Counted from the stretch's first letter, positions 47,003 through 59,801 are shown. The stretch: 64,000 nt of DNA from Nemertoderma westbladi (GCA_032718475.1 JAUCBJ010007985.1:1-64000); one strand, 5' to 3'. Notes: generated from the sequence alone by a model not told the origin. Numbers and translations: made by a program.

Positions 47003-50000
47003 TCATACGGCATGTTCATCTCGAGTCTTGGCATTGCAACGCTCAATGACGTCATTTAACTCGTCGTTATAAGCTTCTCGTTCAGATGGATAAAGAAGTT
47101 GACATAAGTTCACTTGGTTTTGCCAAGCCTCGTTTTCCTTAAGGAGATCGATGGTATTCTCCTCATCAAAAAGCTGGTGCACGTCGTCGTTATCTGAGGA
47201 GTATGGGGTTCCCTCAGTTAAATCGTCTCCCTCACTAGTATCATCTTCCCATTCACTCACCTGGCAGACGCGCTCTTGCGGTAGTCTTTCTCTGAGTGTT
47301 CTACGGGAAGGGCCAGTAAAGTACCAACCTACTCTAGTTCTTACCGCATAGGTCTGTAGTGGCTGCGGTTGAGCAGGCCGTTTCTCTAATGTCTCCAGCG
47401 CCTCATGCGCGTTTTGGCCGATGAGTATTTGCACTCCAGGATAATCAGTCTGGAATCGAGGTATCTTAAGATGTTGGATGCTCTCATCCTCGTCCCAATT
47501 ATAAAGGTCTGCTTGAGTAGTAGCGAAGTTCTTTATAGCCACCATTTTCACTGACCTTATACTATGTTCTCCTAATTCGTCCTGGGGGGTGGACAACGCT
47601 CCTACATAGTAATCCGCTATTACTGTGGATTTCCAAACTTGCATAATGCCTGACATATTTAGCTTGGTTCGGAACTTAGGTTGTCCAGCGAAGATGTCTT
47701 CGGCTAGTTCTTTATCAATGAATGTTCCTGTGCTGCCGGAGTCCAGGAGGGCGTTCACTATATAGCTCTTCTGAGGTCCATGGACCCGTAACTGGACTAC
47801 AGGAAATTCTCGGATTCCTACATTGGAAGTTGGTGCTTTCCACGATGGTTGTCGCTCAGAAGTAGTTAGAGTGAAGTCGCTGTCTGTATCTTTTTCATAT
47901 GTGAGTGCTCGATACACTGCGGTATTTATCATGTAACAAGATTCGTTTTCGTCGGAGAACTCGTCCGTATAGAATCCTTCCATCTCAGATTGATCAGTGT
48001 CGTTCACATCACTGAATTGGACATGTAGTTCGGAATCACTTACCTGATTAGGACTATTTCGATCGAATTCAGCGTGCAACAAGATATGATGTTTCGCACC
48101 ACACTTTGCACACCTTATGTCTGAGTAACAGGTTCGCCGTTGATGTCCTTGTCTGAGGCAATTATAACACAACCGCTTGTCCCACATGACTTCACGTCTC
48201 TCAGTTAATGATTTCTTTAGAAATTCATCACACATATTCAAGCGATGGGTCCCATCACATAGCGCACATTTTGGTTTGATGTTACTCACCTTAATCTGAG
48301 TCACATTGTGTACACTTGCCTTTTCTTCGGGCTTTCTCACCTGAATTCTCTTGGGAGACGTAGGAGGAGTTTTTCTTACCTGTTCTCTCCTGTCATTTGT
48401 TCGAGACTTGAATTTACTTACCTGATCTTTAGGCATTTTATTTACGTAATAAGATCTATCAGTGTCTTTCCCGCTATCTTCTCCTTGAGAAGTCTGGCTT
48501 TCACCGTCGTCTGTATAACACACTGGTGTTACCTTTCTCCTAGAGACGGGTTTTTCACTTACCTTGTTTTCCGGTGTCTTCTCTCTGGACAGTTTCAGGA
48601 GCTGTAATTTCACTTCTCCATCTAGGAATGACATGAGATCAGCCATGGTAGGGTCTCGTCGTTGTTGTTCCATCATATATAACACTTTCTTATCCCAGCG
48701 TGTACCTACTCCACCTTTCGGTAAAGTAGAAGCCACTGCTCTAATAACCATAGTGTTCTGATACTCATGAGACTTACCTAGCCAATCTAATTGTCTGCAG
48801 ATCTCCTGGATCTCATCGGAAAACTCGATAATCCCGCTGCTAATAAACTTTCGGGGCGCTACCAACTTTGCATACAAATACCCAGCGATGTTATTCCTAT
48901 TACCATACCTGATGTTTAGTGTATCCCAAACTTGTCTTAATCCGTCTGGATGTCCAATAAACTTTAACGCCATTAACTTGGGAGATCCTTCCAAGCACTC
49001 GATGAGGTATCTAAGTTTTTCTCCATTAGATAGTACAGAGTTCTGTATGTTATCTTTGTAATATTCATTAAAAGGTAACCATTTCATCTCATCTCCATTG
49101 AACTTGACGATCTCTCCCACCTTTACCGCTTGCCGGGCTTCGGTTCTAGCCATTTGACGCGTAAAACTTTCTTGGGCCATCGTGTTATTTAATATCGAGT
49201 TATCGGTATATAAATTTCTCGGATTATGATCAGTTCTATAGGGAATGTCATTATCAACAGGTCTATAATTACCCTTAATAGGGTTCACTATAGGAGTTTC
49301 TACTTCGCTAGCAGTATATATGCGTGTAGGCTCCACACCTTGCGCATGAGATACTTCAGACCTAACAGGTTGACACATTGTTACCGAGGGTGGTGGTATA
49401 CCTCTTTGTGTATTTACTAATTTATCGCGTTCTAGCGCGATACTTTGCTGCACTTCTTGCAACTCAAGCCTACTTTCCCTTACTGTGCCCTTGAATTGCT
49501 GAACCGTCTCCTGCATCTGCCCGAGCAAGAGATCCATCCCCCGCCGTCTCTCGTCCACCCATTCGACCGCCGAAGCGGGAGTCGCCAACGTTGTAGCGGG
49601 CGGACGAGGGACAACGGGCGACAAATCAGGAATATTTCGCTCGGGGTCCAGGTCCTGAACTGTCTCCTGGGCAGTTCTACTGGGCACAGGTAGCTTAGTG
49701 CTATGCAGAGGGAATTTAGAGGTAGCTTCAGGGAGCACAGGTGTGTCTATCACCGAAGGGGTGATTTCAAGAACAGGCCTAATTATTTCAGGCTCATCTA
49801 CTATAGTAGGGAGTCTTTCTATTTGAATTATTTGGTCTGTGGGCTCTGTACTACCTAAGTTGGTGTTATTTAGTTGTCTTCTAACAGCTGGAGGCAAATC
49901 AGGCAATTTCTGACGATGGAATGTTCTTTTACGTCTGCTTAGACGAGATCTATTTCCTTTGCCTTCAGTGTCGGTAGTATCGCCTTCCTCAGATGATGTA

Positions 50001-51535
50001 TACCCCTGTCTTTTGGGAGTAGATCGACTCATCATCTGCATATTACTAGCGGTTAACTGTTTATTGAAGTTGTCTTGCCTCTCTTGAAGATTTTCCAACT
50101 CTAGTTGGGTTGCCTCTTCAGATGCCCTCCGTTCTGCTTCTGCCACTGCCTCTGCTGTTGCCAGTGCCGCTTTTCTTTCCGCTTCGGCCTCTGCCACTGC
50201 CGATGCCGCTTTCCTTTCCGCTTCGGCCTCTGCCACTGCCACTGCCACTGCCACTGCCGCTTTTCTTTCCGCTTCTGCCGCTGCCACTGCTGCTGCCGCT
50301 TTTCTTTCCGCTTCTGCCTCTGCCACTGCTGCTGCCACTGCCGCTGTCTTTCTATCTTCTATACGTTTTTTCTTTACTTGTTCTTCTTGGTCTCTAGCGA
50401 TGCGGAGTTGTTCATCGAATTTAGCTTGGTTCGCCGCTAACCTATCCACATCAATTGCATCCAACACACGCTGGGCTCCTTCACTATTAGGGCTAAGTCC
50501 ATCTAGCCTTCTCCTCAACTCTTCATCTCCCAAAAAACGCTGATAGTCTGACAGATAGATGTCAATGGCATCCCTCTTATGCGGTTTCTCTGCCGTCGCT
50601 TCACTTTCCACTTGGGAAAAAGTAGCGTCCGTTGATTCTCCATGGGTTGAGCGCTCCTCCAGCTGAGCTTTCCACTGAGCTGTTCCTTGAACCTGGCGAC
50701 TCACCCGTTGAAACCAAGTCTTTACGGCAACTTGCAACGACGTGTCTTGTCTTCTTTTAGAAGCCTCTTCAAAGGCTGATAATATTAGCCTGATTCGCAG
50801 AATTCTTTCTCTAACTTGATAAAGCAGTTGTCCCTGCTCTTGAGGTCCTTTAGGTTGTTGAAACAGTTGTTTTTCTACTCGCTCCATAGAGCTGAAGAAT
50901 CCCTGTGCGTATCCGGCTGCGGACCTCTTCCACACAGCTGGATCGATGGTTTCTTTGGCTACTCCCATCCGGTGTATGTCTTCCCAGGCAGCTTCTGATA
51001 AATCAAATGGGAGTCCGGGTCCGGGGAAGTTCCATTGCGACTCGACCATAGACTTCAGCTCTTCCCTTGTGTATCCCTCATAACGATCTTTAGTGGATCG
51101 CTTACTTCTCGCCCAATCGATCTGGTGTTCTTCCACCGCGATCAATAGCCTAGTGAGTACGGCTGCAGGAAGGATGAGAAGGGGATCCGAATAAACCGCA
51201 TCCGTCATCCTTGCTCCGCACTCGGGTGTCAGCTCTACAGTATCTTCACTACTGGAGCTGTTGGGCCGCTGAGAAATAAGTTCTTGGCTCGCGGGTTGTT
51301 GCTGTTCCACTGCTTCTTGGTCCCGCTTGACCTGAGCTCGAGTGCCTATGATAGACCTACGATGTTGGACCAGCCTAGGTTCTGTTATTACTACAGGAGG
51401 GATGACCTTCCTCACAGTGGGAGGTGAACTGAACTTAGGACTAGACGGTTCTACGTCTCTATCTGAGTCGCAGATAGTTACATCTAATAAACTGTCTGAC
51501 AGGTTCTGCTTAGTATCAGACATGTTGGTTTGCAC
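47003..51535 (-). CDS. Element B gag-protease
   Basis: 1510 aa. KFNGD, EKLRYL, CALC/CYNC/CAKC knuckles, LLDSGS protease, AEAERKAA repeats. Confidence 0.94.
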   Translation of the reverse strand: MQTNMSDTKQNLSDSLLDVTICDSDRDVEPSSPKFSSPPTVRKVIPPVVITEPRLVQHRRSIIGTRAQVKRDQEAVEQQQPASQELISQRPNSSSSEDTVELTPECGARMTDAVYSDPLLILPAAVLTRLLIAVEEHQIDWARSKRSTKDRYEGYTREELKSMVESQWNFPGPGLPFDLSEAAWEDIHRMGVAKETIDPAVWKRSAAGYAQGFFSSMERVEKQLFQQPKGPQEQGQLLYQVRERILRIRLILSAFEEASKRRQDTSLQVAVKTWFQRVSRQVQGTAQWKAQLEERSTHGESTDATFSQVESEATAEKPHKRDAIDIYLSDYQRFLGDEELRRRLDGLSPNSEGAQRVLDAIDVDRLAANQAKFDEQLRIARDQEEQVKKKRIEDRKTAAVAAAVAEAEAERKAAAAVAAAEAERKAAVAVAVAVAEAEAERKAASAVAEAEAERKAALATAEAVAEAERRASEEATQLELENLQERQDNFNKQLTASNMQMMSRSTPKRQGYTSSEEGDTTDTEGKGNRSRLSRRKRTFHRQKLPDLPPAVRRQLNNTNLGSTEPTDQIIQIERLPTIVDEPEIIRPVLEITPSVIDTPVLPEATSKFPLHSTKLPVPSRTAQETVQDLDPERNIPDLSPVVPRPPATTLATPASAVEWVDERRRGMDLLLGQMQETVQQFKGTVRESRLELQEVQQSIALERDKLVNTQRGIPPPSVTMCQPVRSEVSHAQGVEPTRIYTASEVETPIVNPIKGNYRPVDNDIPYRTDHNPRNLYTDNSILNNTMAQESFTRQMARTEARQAVKVGEIVKFNGDEMKWLPFNEYYKDNIQNSVLSNGEKLRYLIECLEGSPKLMALKFIGHPDGLRQVWDTLNIRYGNRNNIAGYLYAKLVAPRKFISSGIIEFSDEIQEICRQLDWLGKSHEYQNTMVIRAVASTLPKGGVGTRWDKKVLYMMEQQRRDPTMADLMSFLDGEVKLQLLKLSREKTPENKVSEKPVSRRKVTPVCYTDDGESQTSQGEDSGKDTDRSYYVNKMPKDQVSKFKSRTNDRREQVRKTPPTSPKRIQVRKPEEKASVHNVTQIKVSNIKPKCALCDGTHRLNMCDEFLKKSLTERREVMWDKRLCYNCLRQGHQRRTCYSDIRCAKCGAKHHILLHAEFDRNSPNQVSDSELHVQFSDVNDTDQSEMEGFYTDEFSDENESCYMINTAVYRALTYEKDTDSDFTLTTSERQPSWKAPTSNVGIREFPVVQLRVHGPQKSYIVNALLDSGSTGTFIDKELAEDIFAGQPKFRTKLNMSGIMQVWKSTVIADYYVGALSTPQDELGEHSIRSVKMVAIKNFATTQADLYNWDEDESIQHLKIPRFQTDYPGVQILIGQNAHEALETLEKRPAQPQPLQTYAVRTRVGWYFTGPSRRTLRERLPQERVCQVSEWEDDTSEGDDLTEGTPYSSDNDDVHQLFDEENTIDLLKENEAWQNQVNLCQLLYPSEREAYNDELNDVIERCNAKTRDEHAV

Positions 51536-52839
51536 AGTTGAATGCCTACTGCTATATTACAGTCTAAGTAAGTCTAGTAATTCAGAATTAACTGCTAGCC
51601 TAGTAATTAATTACCGATACTGCTACTCAGTGTAGCGTGATATATATATAATATTAGAATACCGGTATGCTTATGGTATATATAAGTATTATTACAGACT
51701 AGGTTTTTCACAAAATACCGGTATAATTTTAGCACAAATATATATAAATATATAATAGGCCTATCGGGAATACCGGTATACAGCTTACAGTTATAGTATA
51801 TATAAGTATAATTCTGGACTAGAATTAATTATAAAGTACCGGTATAATTTCAGCCTAAATTTATAGAAATAAAGATAATAGGCCTATCGTAAATACCGGT
51901 ATATCAATTATTTTAAATAATTGAATTTCTGAATTTTAGGGTTACTTGGTTACTTTACTTACTTTATTACCGTTATTTGAGCAGTAATCCAACTGATATT
52001 GAGACCTAATGGTTGTATGGTAGGCCTACTATTTATAAATCGTTAGATTTGATTTATAATATATATATACCCGTTTTAATGGGTTTTGTCAATGTTTGAA
52101 ATAAATGTTATTATTTCTGGGGAGTAATCACTACACAAAGCGGTGCGCTTTCAGTGAAGTGTTACTTATAGGACACTAAAACAAATAATACTAATTTACC
52201 TAAGTTACTTAATACTACAAATTACGTACAATTCGGGTGAGCTTACAATCTCTAAATAAACACAAAATTTACAAAAAACACAAAATACGAATTTTCAGGG
52301 TAATTTTACAAGAAGTCTACAAACCAGCCTAACAAAGGGTTAGAATCTGGTTATTACAACGGACAGGGTACTGCGGTATTTGAAAATAATACGTAGTAGT
52401 AAATACACTGCGTTGTCCTGATAGGAAAATACCACCGCCTGACGACCTATAGCCGTATCGCTATAGGTACTACGTTATGTATCACGGAGTGTTCCTACCT
52501 AGAAGTTAATAGAGCTAATCGAACGTGCCTATCAACCACTTTACAACACAAATATAATGTCTACACTAATTACTCTCGGAAAGCACTGTACACTAAACCC
52601 TAAATTAGGTACGAGTACTTGTACAACATATAATCAGTAGTTAAATATACTTGAACAGCTAAAAGAACCACGGCATCTGCTGGAGTGACCGGTGCACAAA
52701 ATCACCAGTCTTTACCTACGCCAAGCAGCCCGTGTAGTACCGGGGTTAATTTAACTATAGCGGTATGTATAACAAACACAATTATTGTAGGAACAAACTT
52801 GGGGAATGAATGTTGCGAATAATCGCATAAACTCTGAAT

Positions 52840-53408
52840 AATAAATATTACGCTACGCGTACAAACCACTCAAACAAAATGCAGACCAAATACTGACAGG
52901 CTACTATCAAGCCTAAATAAACTACAGGACATGCAGACTCCAAAATGATTAGGTAGTATGCGTTCTAACCCAGTAGTACGACTTATTCTTTAGTTGGGGG
53001 TTTACCTTACAGCATTGGCTGCCCCTACTTCCTAACCGTTCTTTATCGGACAGGTGATCTACATACACTGCAATCCGTTCAGACCTAATAACAGCCAGAC
53101 AACTATCCAGCCTACAAATTATCTAAATAAATATTATACGCTACCTGTACAGACTACACAAACAAAGTACAGACTAAACGATGGCAGACTACTCTCAAGC
53201 CTAAATAAACTACAGGACATGCAGACTCCGAAATGATTAGGTAGTATGCGTTCTAACCCAGTAGTACGACTTATTCTTTAGTTGGGGGTTTACCTTACAG
53301 CATTGGCTGCCCCTACTTCCTAACCGTTCTTTATCGGACAGGTGATCTACACACACTGCAATCCGTTCAGACTTAACAGCAATCAGACAACAGCCCAGCC
53401 TACAAATT
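52840..53408. repeat. About 290-bp tandem duplication in element B 5' leader
   Basis: The block CAAGCCTAAATAAACTACAGGACATGCAGACTCC...CAGCCTACAAATT is present twice. Confidence 0.9.
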
Positions 53409-53782
53409 GTCTGTACAATCTGATCAGGCTTACACGCCTTCTGTTCAATACTGGCATACAAACAAATAAAACTGACAGAAATAAGTAAGCTCCAAAAGAA
53501 ACAAGGGGTGTACGTACAGTCCCTAATCTCTTAAACAGCCTACCGGTATACAATAATCAAAATCGAATAATACTAATGTACTTATACGGGAAGTACCGGT
53601 TAGGACAGTTAGGCCTACGGACCTACAGAAGTACCGGTTCTGGCAGTTGGACCTACGTACCTACGGCAGTACCGGTTCTGGCAGTTGGGCCTACTGACCT
53701 ACAGATGTACCGTTCAGGTTTACCGGTTGACCGGTACTTTCAACTTTATTGCTTACTGCAATAAAGAAGCTATATCCGTTAT

Positions 53783-54999
53783 TGTTCGCGCTTTCAGACC
53801 TTTGGCAGTTTAACCCGCCAAATTAGGATGTCTTCTAGATAATAATTCGCTTTTAGCCTATGACAAGTATTTGATTCACTACACTAGTCGAAACCAATCT
53901 GTGCGCGATCATTCACCCGCTGGATATACCCGGGAGATTGGGTTCGACGGCTTAATCTTATTGCTATGTAAGCCTAATGTATTATTCGACTGACAGTATT
54001 ATATAATCTCTGACAATATTATTCACCTTCGGGAAATATTAACAGTTCCTTTAGGACGTGGCGCTCTATCTATATAAACAGAGTTATGACTTAAACTACT
54101 CACAACGATATGGCCCAGTTATAATTCACATATATGGCGCATTCTTTAGGAAATGCTTTGTTATCAGTATCACTCATACACAATGCTGCACAATACTGCA
54201 CACTAATCTGCCGATCTTCACTGATTTTAGTCACATATAAAAGGAACACGGACCGAATCATGTAGGATCTATCAAATAACATTAGATTCACTTCAAACCA
54301 CTTTAACATAAGTCACAATCGTTATATGTAACCTTTCTCTCTTACCTTCGGTATATCAAGAATATTGGGTTTTCGGGGTTATTTATCGTTATTCCAAATA
54401 TAATAATTCATCAACCATATTATGAAGGACCGACAGTAAATAGCAGTATAACAATATAAAGTATGCACAGTGTATGGTACATGCAGATTTGGTTTGTTTA
54501 GTTGAGTTGCATAGTGATTCAGTGTGATAACGGATATATGTCCTTATAATTAAGCCTACTAGTGTTAGGCTAAAACAGAAAAGCACAAAATATTTCCAAG
54601 CCGCTCTCTCCTGGCTCAGGACTGAATGTAAACACTGCACATAAAGCATTGAGTGATTTCTAGGAAATTTCTGTACAAGAGCCATAAAAATGCTCTGATT
54701 GGCTGACTGAACTGAGAGACGCCGTAGAACAAAGAAAATCAACACGTATGAATATCAGCTGTTAACCGTCGTCATAGTAACTACTGTTCAAGAGTAGCTA
54801 TCACCCTTTGCGTCACGAATTGCCATAGAATCATCAACTATGCCTTCCACAGTACACATACGGAGGAAATAGCTCTTAGATCCTCTAAAAAACACCGATA
54901 CAGTAATAATACGGTCTCTTACACTTATTAAATCAACTACAGAGTATTTTAATGTAAAAATAATAAAAATAACGGGGCAATTCAGCAAAGGCTTTTACA
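53783..54999 (-). repeat. Element B 5' LTR (1217 bp)
   Basis: Near-identical to 19935-21151. Confidence 0.97.
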
Positions 55000-57900
55000 T
55001 CGCCCCTGTTGTGCTTGTTGCCATTGTTTGGCCTCTCCTTTGACCGAACTTGACTGGCGTCTCCTTGCATTGCCTAGCTCCATGTCCACTCGTCACGCAT
55101 CGCGAGCAGATTTCATTTCTCGCCGCATATTCTACCTGATCTTCTCTAGGTAGCGCTTGCCAGTACCTGCAGTTCATGGTTCGATGAAGTGCATTTGTAT
55201 GTAGTTGGCATTTGCTATTTTGGTTGTAGCCATCCTTGTACAGTGCATCGCGTATCGCAGCTGTGTTTGCACCAAAGTCCCTACTATTCTTATTGCTTGG
55301 GTTCTGCCTACTGGACGTACTGGGGTTATATTTATTTGTGTTGTTATTGTTCCCCTGTCCGTTCCATGGTGTGGTCTTACCTTCGGCTACCTGTGGACTT
55401 GCAGTCCCCTGCATCGCTGCGTATGGCAGTGATTGCCTGAGTTTTGGTAATGCGTTTGACGTGTTGTGCTCTGGTTTCGGTCTATGGTAATCCATCTTCG
55501 GTCCCTTTCCCAGGCTATCCTCACTATAGACTGGGTCGGTTATTAGTTCAGCTTCGTAATTTAAGAAGTTTGACATTTCTTCTAAACCCGGTTCCGCACC
55601 CTTTCTATCTCGAGTGGAGAAGGCGATTTTTCTCCACTTGTTGCGCAGCCAGATCGGTAGTGCCTGCGCTATCGTGGTGATATTATTGGACGCATTGAGC
55701 TCGTATGGTGCGTCTAGCGTCTTTAGCACGATTAGCGCCTTTTCGACTTTGTTAGCAAACGTCTTAATGCTAACGGGATTATCCTGTAGGCCACCCGATA
55801 TTATGCCTCTCAGTGTCTGCCTGATGATCTTGGCCGGGTGCCCGTATTCCCTGTCCAGTGCCCGCCATGCCATCGTGAAGCCGCCCTCTATGCCTTGGTA
55901 TTGCCTCACGATGTCGTATGCTGGGCCTCCTGTGTATACTTGCAGATATTTAAGGCACTCCGCCTGCGTCAAGTTCTTTGTCAGTATTTCGTTACTATAC
56001 ATGCGCCGAAACTGTAGATATTCTTCCGGCCTACTCCCATCGAATTTGAATGGTTACACGGGTGGTAATTCGATCCTCGTTTTTAACGCATCGATTAACG
56101 TGGCCATCCCCATCGCCTGCGCTTCCAATGGGTTCGATGGATGCTGTATGGTTTCTCCTGTCTGGTGCTGTCCGTCCGTCCTATTTCCTGATTTCCTTTG
56201 ACTTGGGTATGTCATTGGGGGTAGCGGCCCCCTCCATATTTCTGTGTCACACGACCTATTTTCATCCAAGGGACTCGCTGTTCTTGCTCCTATCGGGGTA
56301 TAGTGTTGATATTGTGATGGGGGAATGTCACCCTGTCCCCCCCCCCCCCACCAGTATGTTTGGTACTGGGGTTGATGTTAATATATTGGGGCCCATGCAC
56401 CTATCCGCAATAATTCCCCCCTCCCCTGGGTATATGTTATGTCCCTGCATGCTGAAGTCAGACTGCTGCACTGGTACCGGTATAGGCCTATCAGCTTCTG
56501 GCCTACCCGCCGGTATGTATTCCGCGACTTCCGGGTTTAATCCCGTTGTCCGCGCTATCCTATCGCCTACATTGCCTCTTTCAGTATGGCCTATGGTATG
56601 TGCAGTAAGGCCTATAGTATGTCCTACAGTCTGCATGTGTCGCTCGGGATCGAAGTTTATTCTTCTCAAATAGTCCTCCCCGCGGCTACCGTATTCTCGA
56701 TCGGTAGATATATTCCGTCGGAAAGTTTCTCTTCGACCCCCCTCTCTACTGTTCTCATCTTCGTACTGGTACATCGCGTACCGACCATACCCCTCTCTCG
56801 GCGCGTAGTGCACCCCGCCAGGTCGCATCTCTCCGGGGCGACGGCAATCTCCCGGAGTTCGACCCCACTGACTCTCTGTTCTCATCTCGACTACCGACGG
56901 CTCGCTATCCGTCCTCGCTCTTCTATCGTTCGCGGTGATACTTCTACTACTATCTTCTCTTCTTCTCCTTTCAGTGGAGTATTCCCGCTCGTGAGATCTC
57001 TCATCGACCTCCCGGTTAAATCCCACTGTTCTTCTTCCCTCTTCTGATCGGGCTCGACGCTTCGTCCGCCCTCTCACGACGTCAACCTGTCTCTCTCTGC
57101 TCGGTCGCACGCCGCTGGGGATATTCGCAATCCCCCTATTACTCTCCGTCGCCGGGTGTTGCGGTTTACCTACTTCGGCCCGCGCACCACCCGCTGACGC
57201 CTGCGGGGCACTCTCTGCCCCCCCCCTTTTCGCCGCTAACTCGCTGTTGTGGGGCCCCTGTAGCCCCCCTCCACTCGCCACATCTAACTTCGCTATCTCT
57301 CACCCCGCTACTATATCCCCCTCTAGTCGACACATCAACCCTACCGCGGTCGGGTCCATTCACCCCCGCCTCTCCCTCCGCTATTGCGTGGTCTACCAGG
57401 CCCTCTACTCCCTGCCTACCAACTACGTGGCCTACCAGGCCCCCGCTGGGTCTACCTAACCCAGCCACTCCCTGCCTACCAACCACGTGGCCTACCAGGC
57501 CCTTGCTGGGTCTACCTAACCCAGCCACTTCCTGCCTACCAACTACGTGGCCTACCAGGCCCTCGCTGGGTCTACCTAACCCAGCCACTCCCTGCCTACC
57601 ATCTACGTGGCCTACCAGGCCCTCTCCGGGCTGGCTCAACCCCGCCACCTCTGGCCCACCAACTGAGTGGCCCGCCAGGCCCCCTTCGGGTTGGCTCAAC
57701 CCCGCCACCTCCGGCCTACTAACTGTACGACCTACCAGGCCCCCATCTGCCTGGCTATACACACCCGACGTGTTCACGTTAATAGCACCCATATTAGAAA
57801 CGGAATTATTTTGTTCGTTCAAAGTAAAATCATTTGAATTATTTTGCGCAACTACACTATCTGAATTATTTTGTAAATTCGGGCTTGGATCATTATTTAA

Positions 57901-59728
57901 ATTATTTGGATTATTTTGCGTAATTGCGTTACTTAAATTATTTTGTAAGTTCGAATCCGGGTTATTATTTTGATTATTTTGATTATTTTGTGTAGCTACA
58001 TTAATATTAGAATTATTTTCTACATTAATATTAGGATTGTTCTGATTTAAATTTAAATTACTACCACTAGGCAAAGTATTTCCTGCAATAAAGGTTTGAT
58101 TAGGATTATCCAATACGGTACTATTAATATTAACCACGTCTACTGTACCATTATCACCCCCCCCCCCCCCCCCCCCCCCCCGCCCGTACTGTTACACCAG
58201 TTTTGGGTCTGTCGTGCGGTCCCTGTAAGTGGAGCATTAATAAACGTATCCACGGGCCCTGGCTCCTCGAGAATATTCGAGCCAGTCCCGCTCTCAGACG
58301 CCCCCATCCGCGTCAGCTCCAGTTCGCACGTGCGTCTAGCTCCGTACTCTATAAGCACGCTTCGGCATTTTCCCAATTCTTTTCGCTCACGCTCCTCTTT
58401 TGCCACACTCTCCCGACACTCCCGTGCGCTTTGCTCGGCCAACTCTACCACTCTCCTAGCTCCCTCCCGTCGCCTTGCCTCACGTTCTTTACGTTCCTTC
58501 TCCTCTCTCGCCTCAAGCTCCTTACGTTCAGCCTCACGCTCTTTGCGTTCCCTTTCCTCTCTCGCCTTACGCTCCTTACGCTCAGCCTCACGCTCTTTGC
58601 GCTCCTTTTCCTCTCTCGCCTCACGCTCCTTGCGCTCCTTCTCCTCTCTCGCCTCACGCTCCTTGCACTCCTTCTCCTCTCTCGCCTCACGCTCCCTGCG
58701 TTCCGCCACACGCTCCTCTTGTTCCTTTCTCTCTATTTCCTCACACTCCCTAAGGCTTTTCACGGCCCTTTCGGCCCTCTCTCCGGTTTCTCTAATCAAT
58801 GCCGTTTCCCTCTCTAGCAGCATTCTCCCCTCCTCTAACCGTCTATCTATTTCCCTTTGACCCTGCGCTATCACGTCGAGATGGTACATGGCCTTTATCT
58901 CTCTCACCCGTTTTTCTTTTACGGAGGATGTACCAGACTTATCGGTTATGACGGATTCCCTCCGCCTTCCCGTCCCACTAACTTTCCCCCACCTCCCGGA
59001 ACTCCCTCCGACCGACGAGGCCGAATCCTCGGGGTTAACCTCGGATTCGCCCTCCTCAGGTCTCCTCCAACCCACTAATTTTACTCCCCGGGTATCGACT
59101 AAGTATGGCCCTACGTACACTACGCTAGGTTGCATACCCCTACACCGCCATAAGTCACACAGTTCCTCGGCAACCCCTCTCGCTCTCTCCTTGGCCAGTT
59201 CTCTTTGCCCGAAGCGCATTAGATAATTAAAGTGTCTATTCGACTCACCTAGTCGCTTCCTCAGTCTCACCTCGTCTATCTTCGCCCCCTCTCCTTGGCC
59301 TCCTTTAGTAGTTTCCGGGTCGCGTTGTAGGCCCGTCGAAGTCGATCAGAAACCCCGACGTCCTCGTCGCCGACCTCTCTTCCGTCTCTCCAAGTCCGAC
59401 GTCGTACCGGCGGCCCCACTGTCGCCGTTTCGGTGGGCCGTTCGTCGCCCTCAGCCTGTGGCTGGCCGGCGACATCGGTATGCCGACCCTCGTTCCGTGT
59501 CGAATCATCTCCTTCTCCCTCCGTCTCGCTCTCACCTTCTCTCGGCTCGACTCCCCCTCCTCTCGACTCGACCTCTGGCTCCAGACGGCCCCCCTCGTCC
59601 TGAACTGCCGGGTCACCCGTTACCGATGGCTCCGGCGTCGTGGGCCTATATCGTCTGGTCGCGGCCTCGCGGATCGTTAGTTCTTCGTCCGGGGTCCGCG
59701 GCGGTGTCGCTTCTCCTGACTGACTCAT
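55000..59728 (-). pseudogene. Element A gag, broken into several ORFs by frameshifts, several at G/C homopolymer runs
   Basis: Consecutive minus-strand ORFs: E/R coiled-coil repeat, N-rich tract, 60-bp repeat, capsid-like region (CLKYLQ...EYG), knuckles CQLH..H...C and CSRC...GH...C. Confidence 0.88.
57385..57760. repeat. 60-bp coding tandem repeat in A gag (GLVGHVVGRQxVAGLGRPSx, about 6 copies)
   Basis: Directly visible repeated CCTACCAGGCCC...CCTGCCTACCAAC units. Confidence 0.9.
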
Positions 59729-59801
59729 CTCTCTTTTATAGATTGATGGCTGGTAGTCACTGAGTTTAACTAGCTAGGGCGGCAGCTCTGCGTTCAGTTA
59801 C

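Larger units (their letters stand above)
19935..54999 (-). mobile_element. BEL/Pao LTR retrotransposon B nested at A's gag/protease junction
   Basis: 1217-bp TG...CA LTRs. TSD TCGCC at 19930-19934 and 55000-55004. Full gag-pol plus an accessory ORF. Confidence 0.97.

Noticed and set aside
50105-50440. Cys/His-rich and Leu/Pro-rich plus-strand ORFs
   Set aside because: Antisense shadows of the AEAERKAA repeat in B gag.
56330-59290. Programmed frameshifts in A gag
   Set aside because: Several breaks fall in or near G/C homopolymers, more consistent with slippage mutation or sequencing error.
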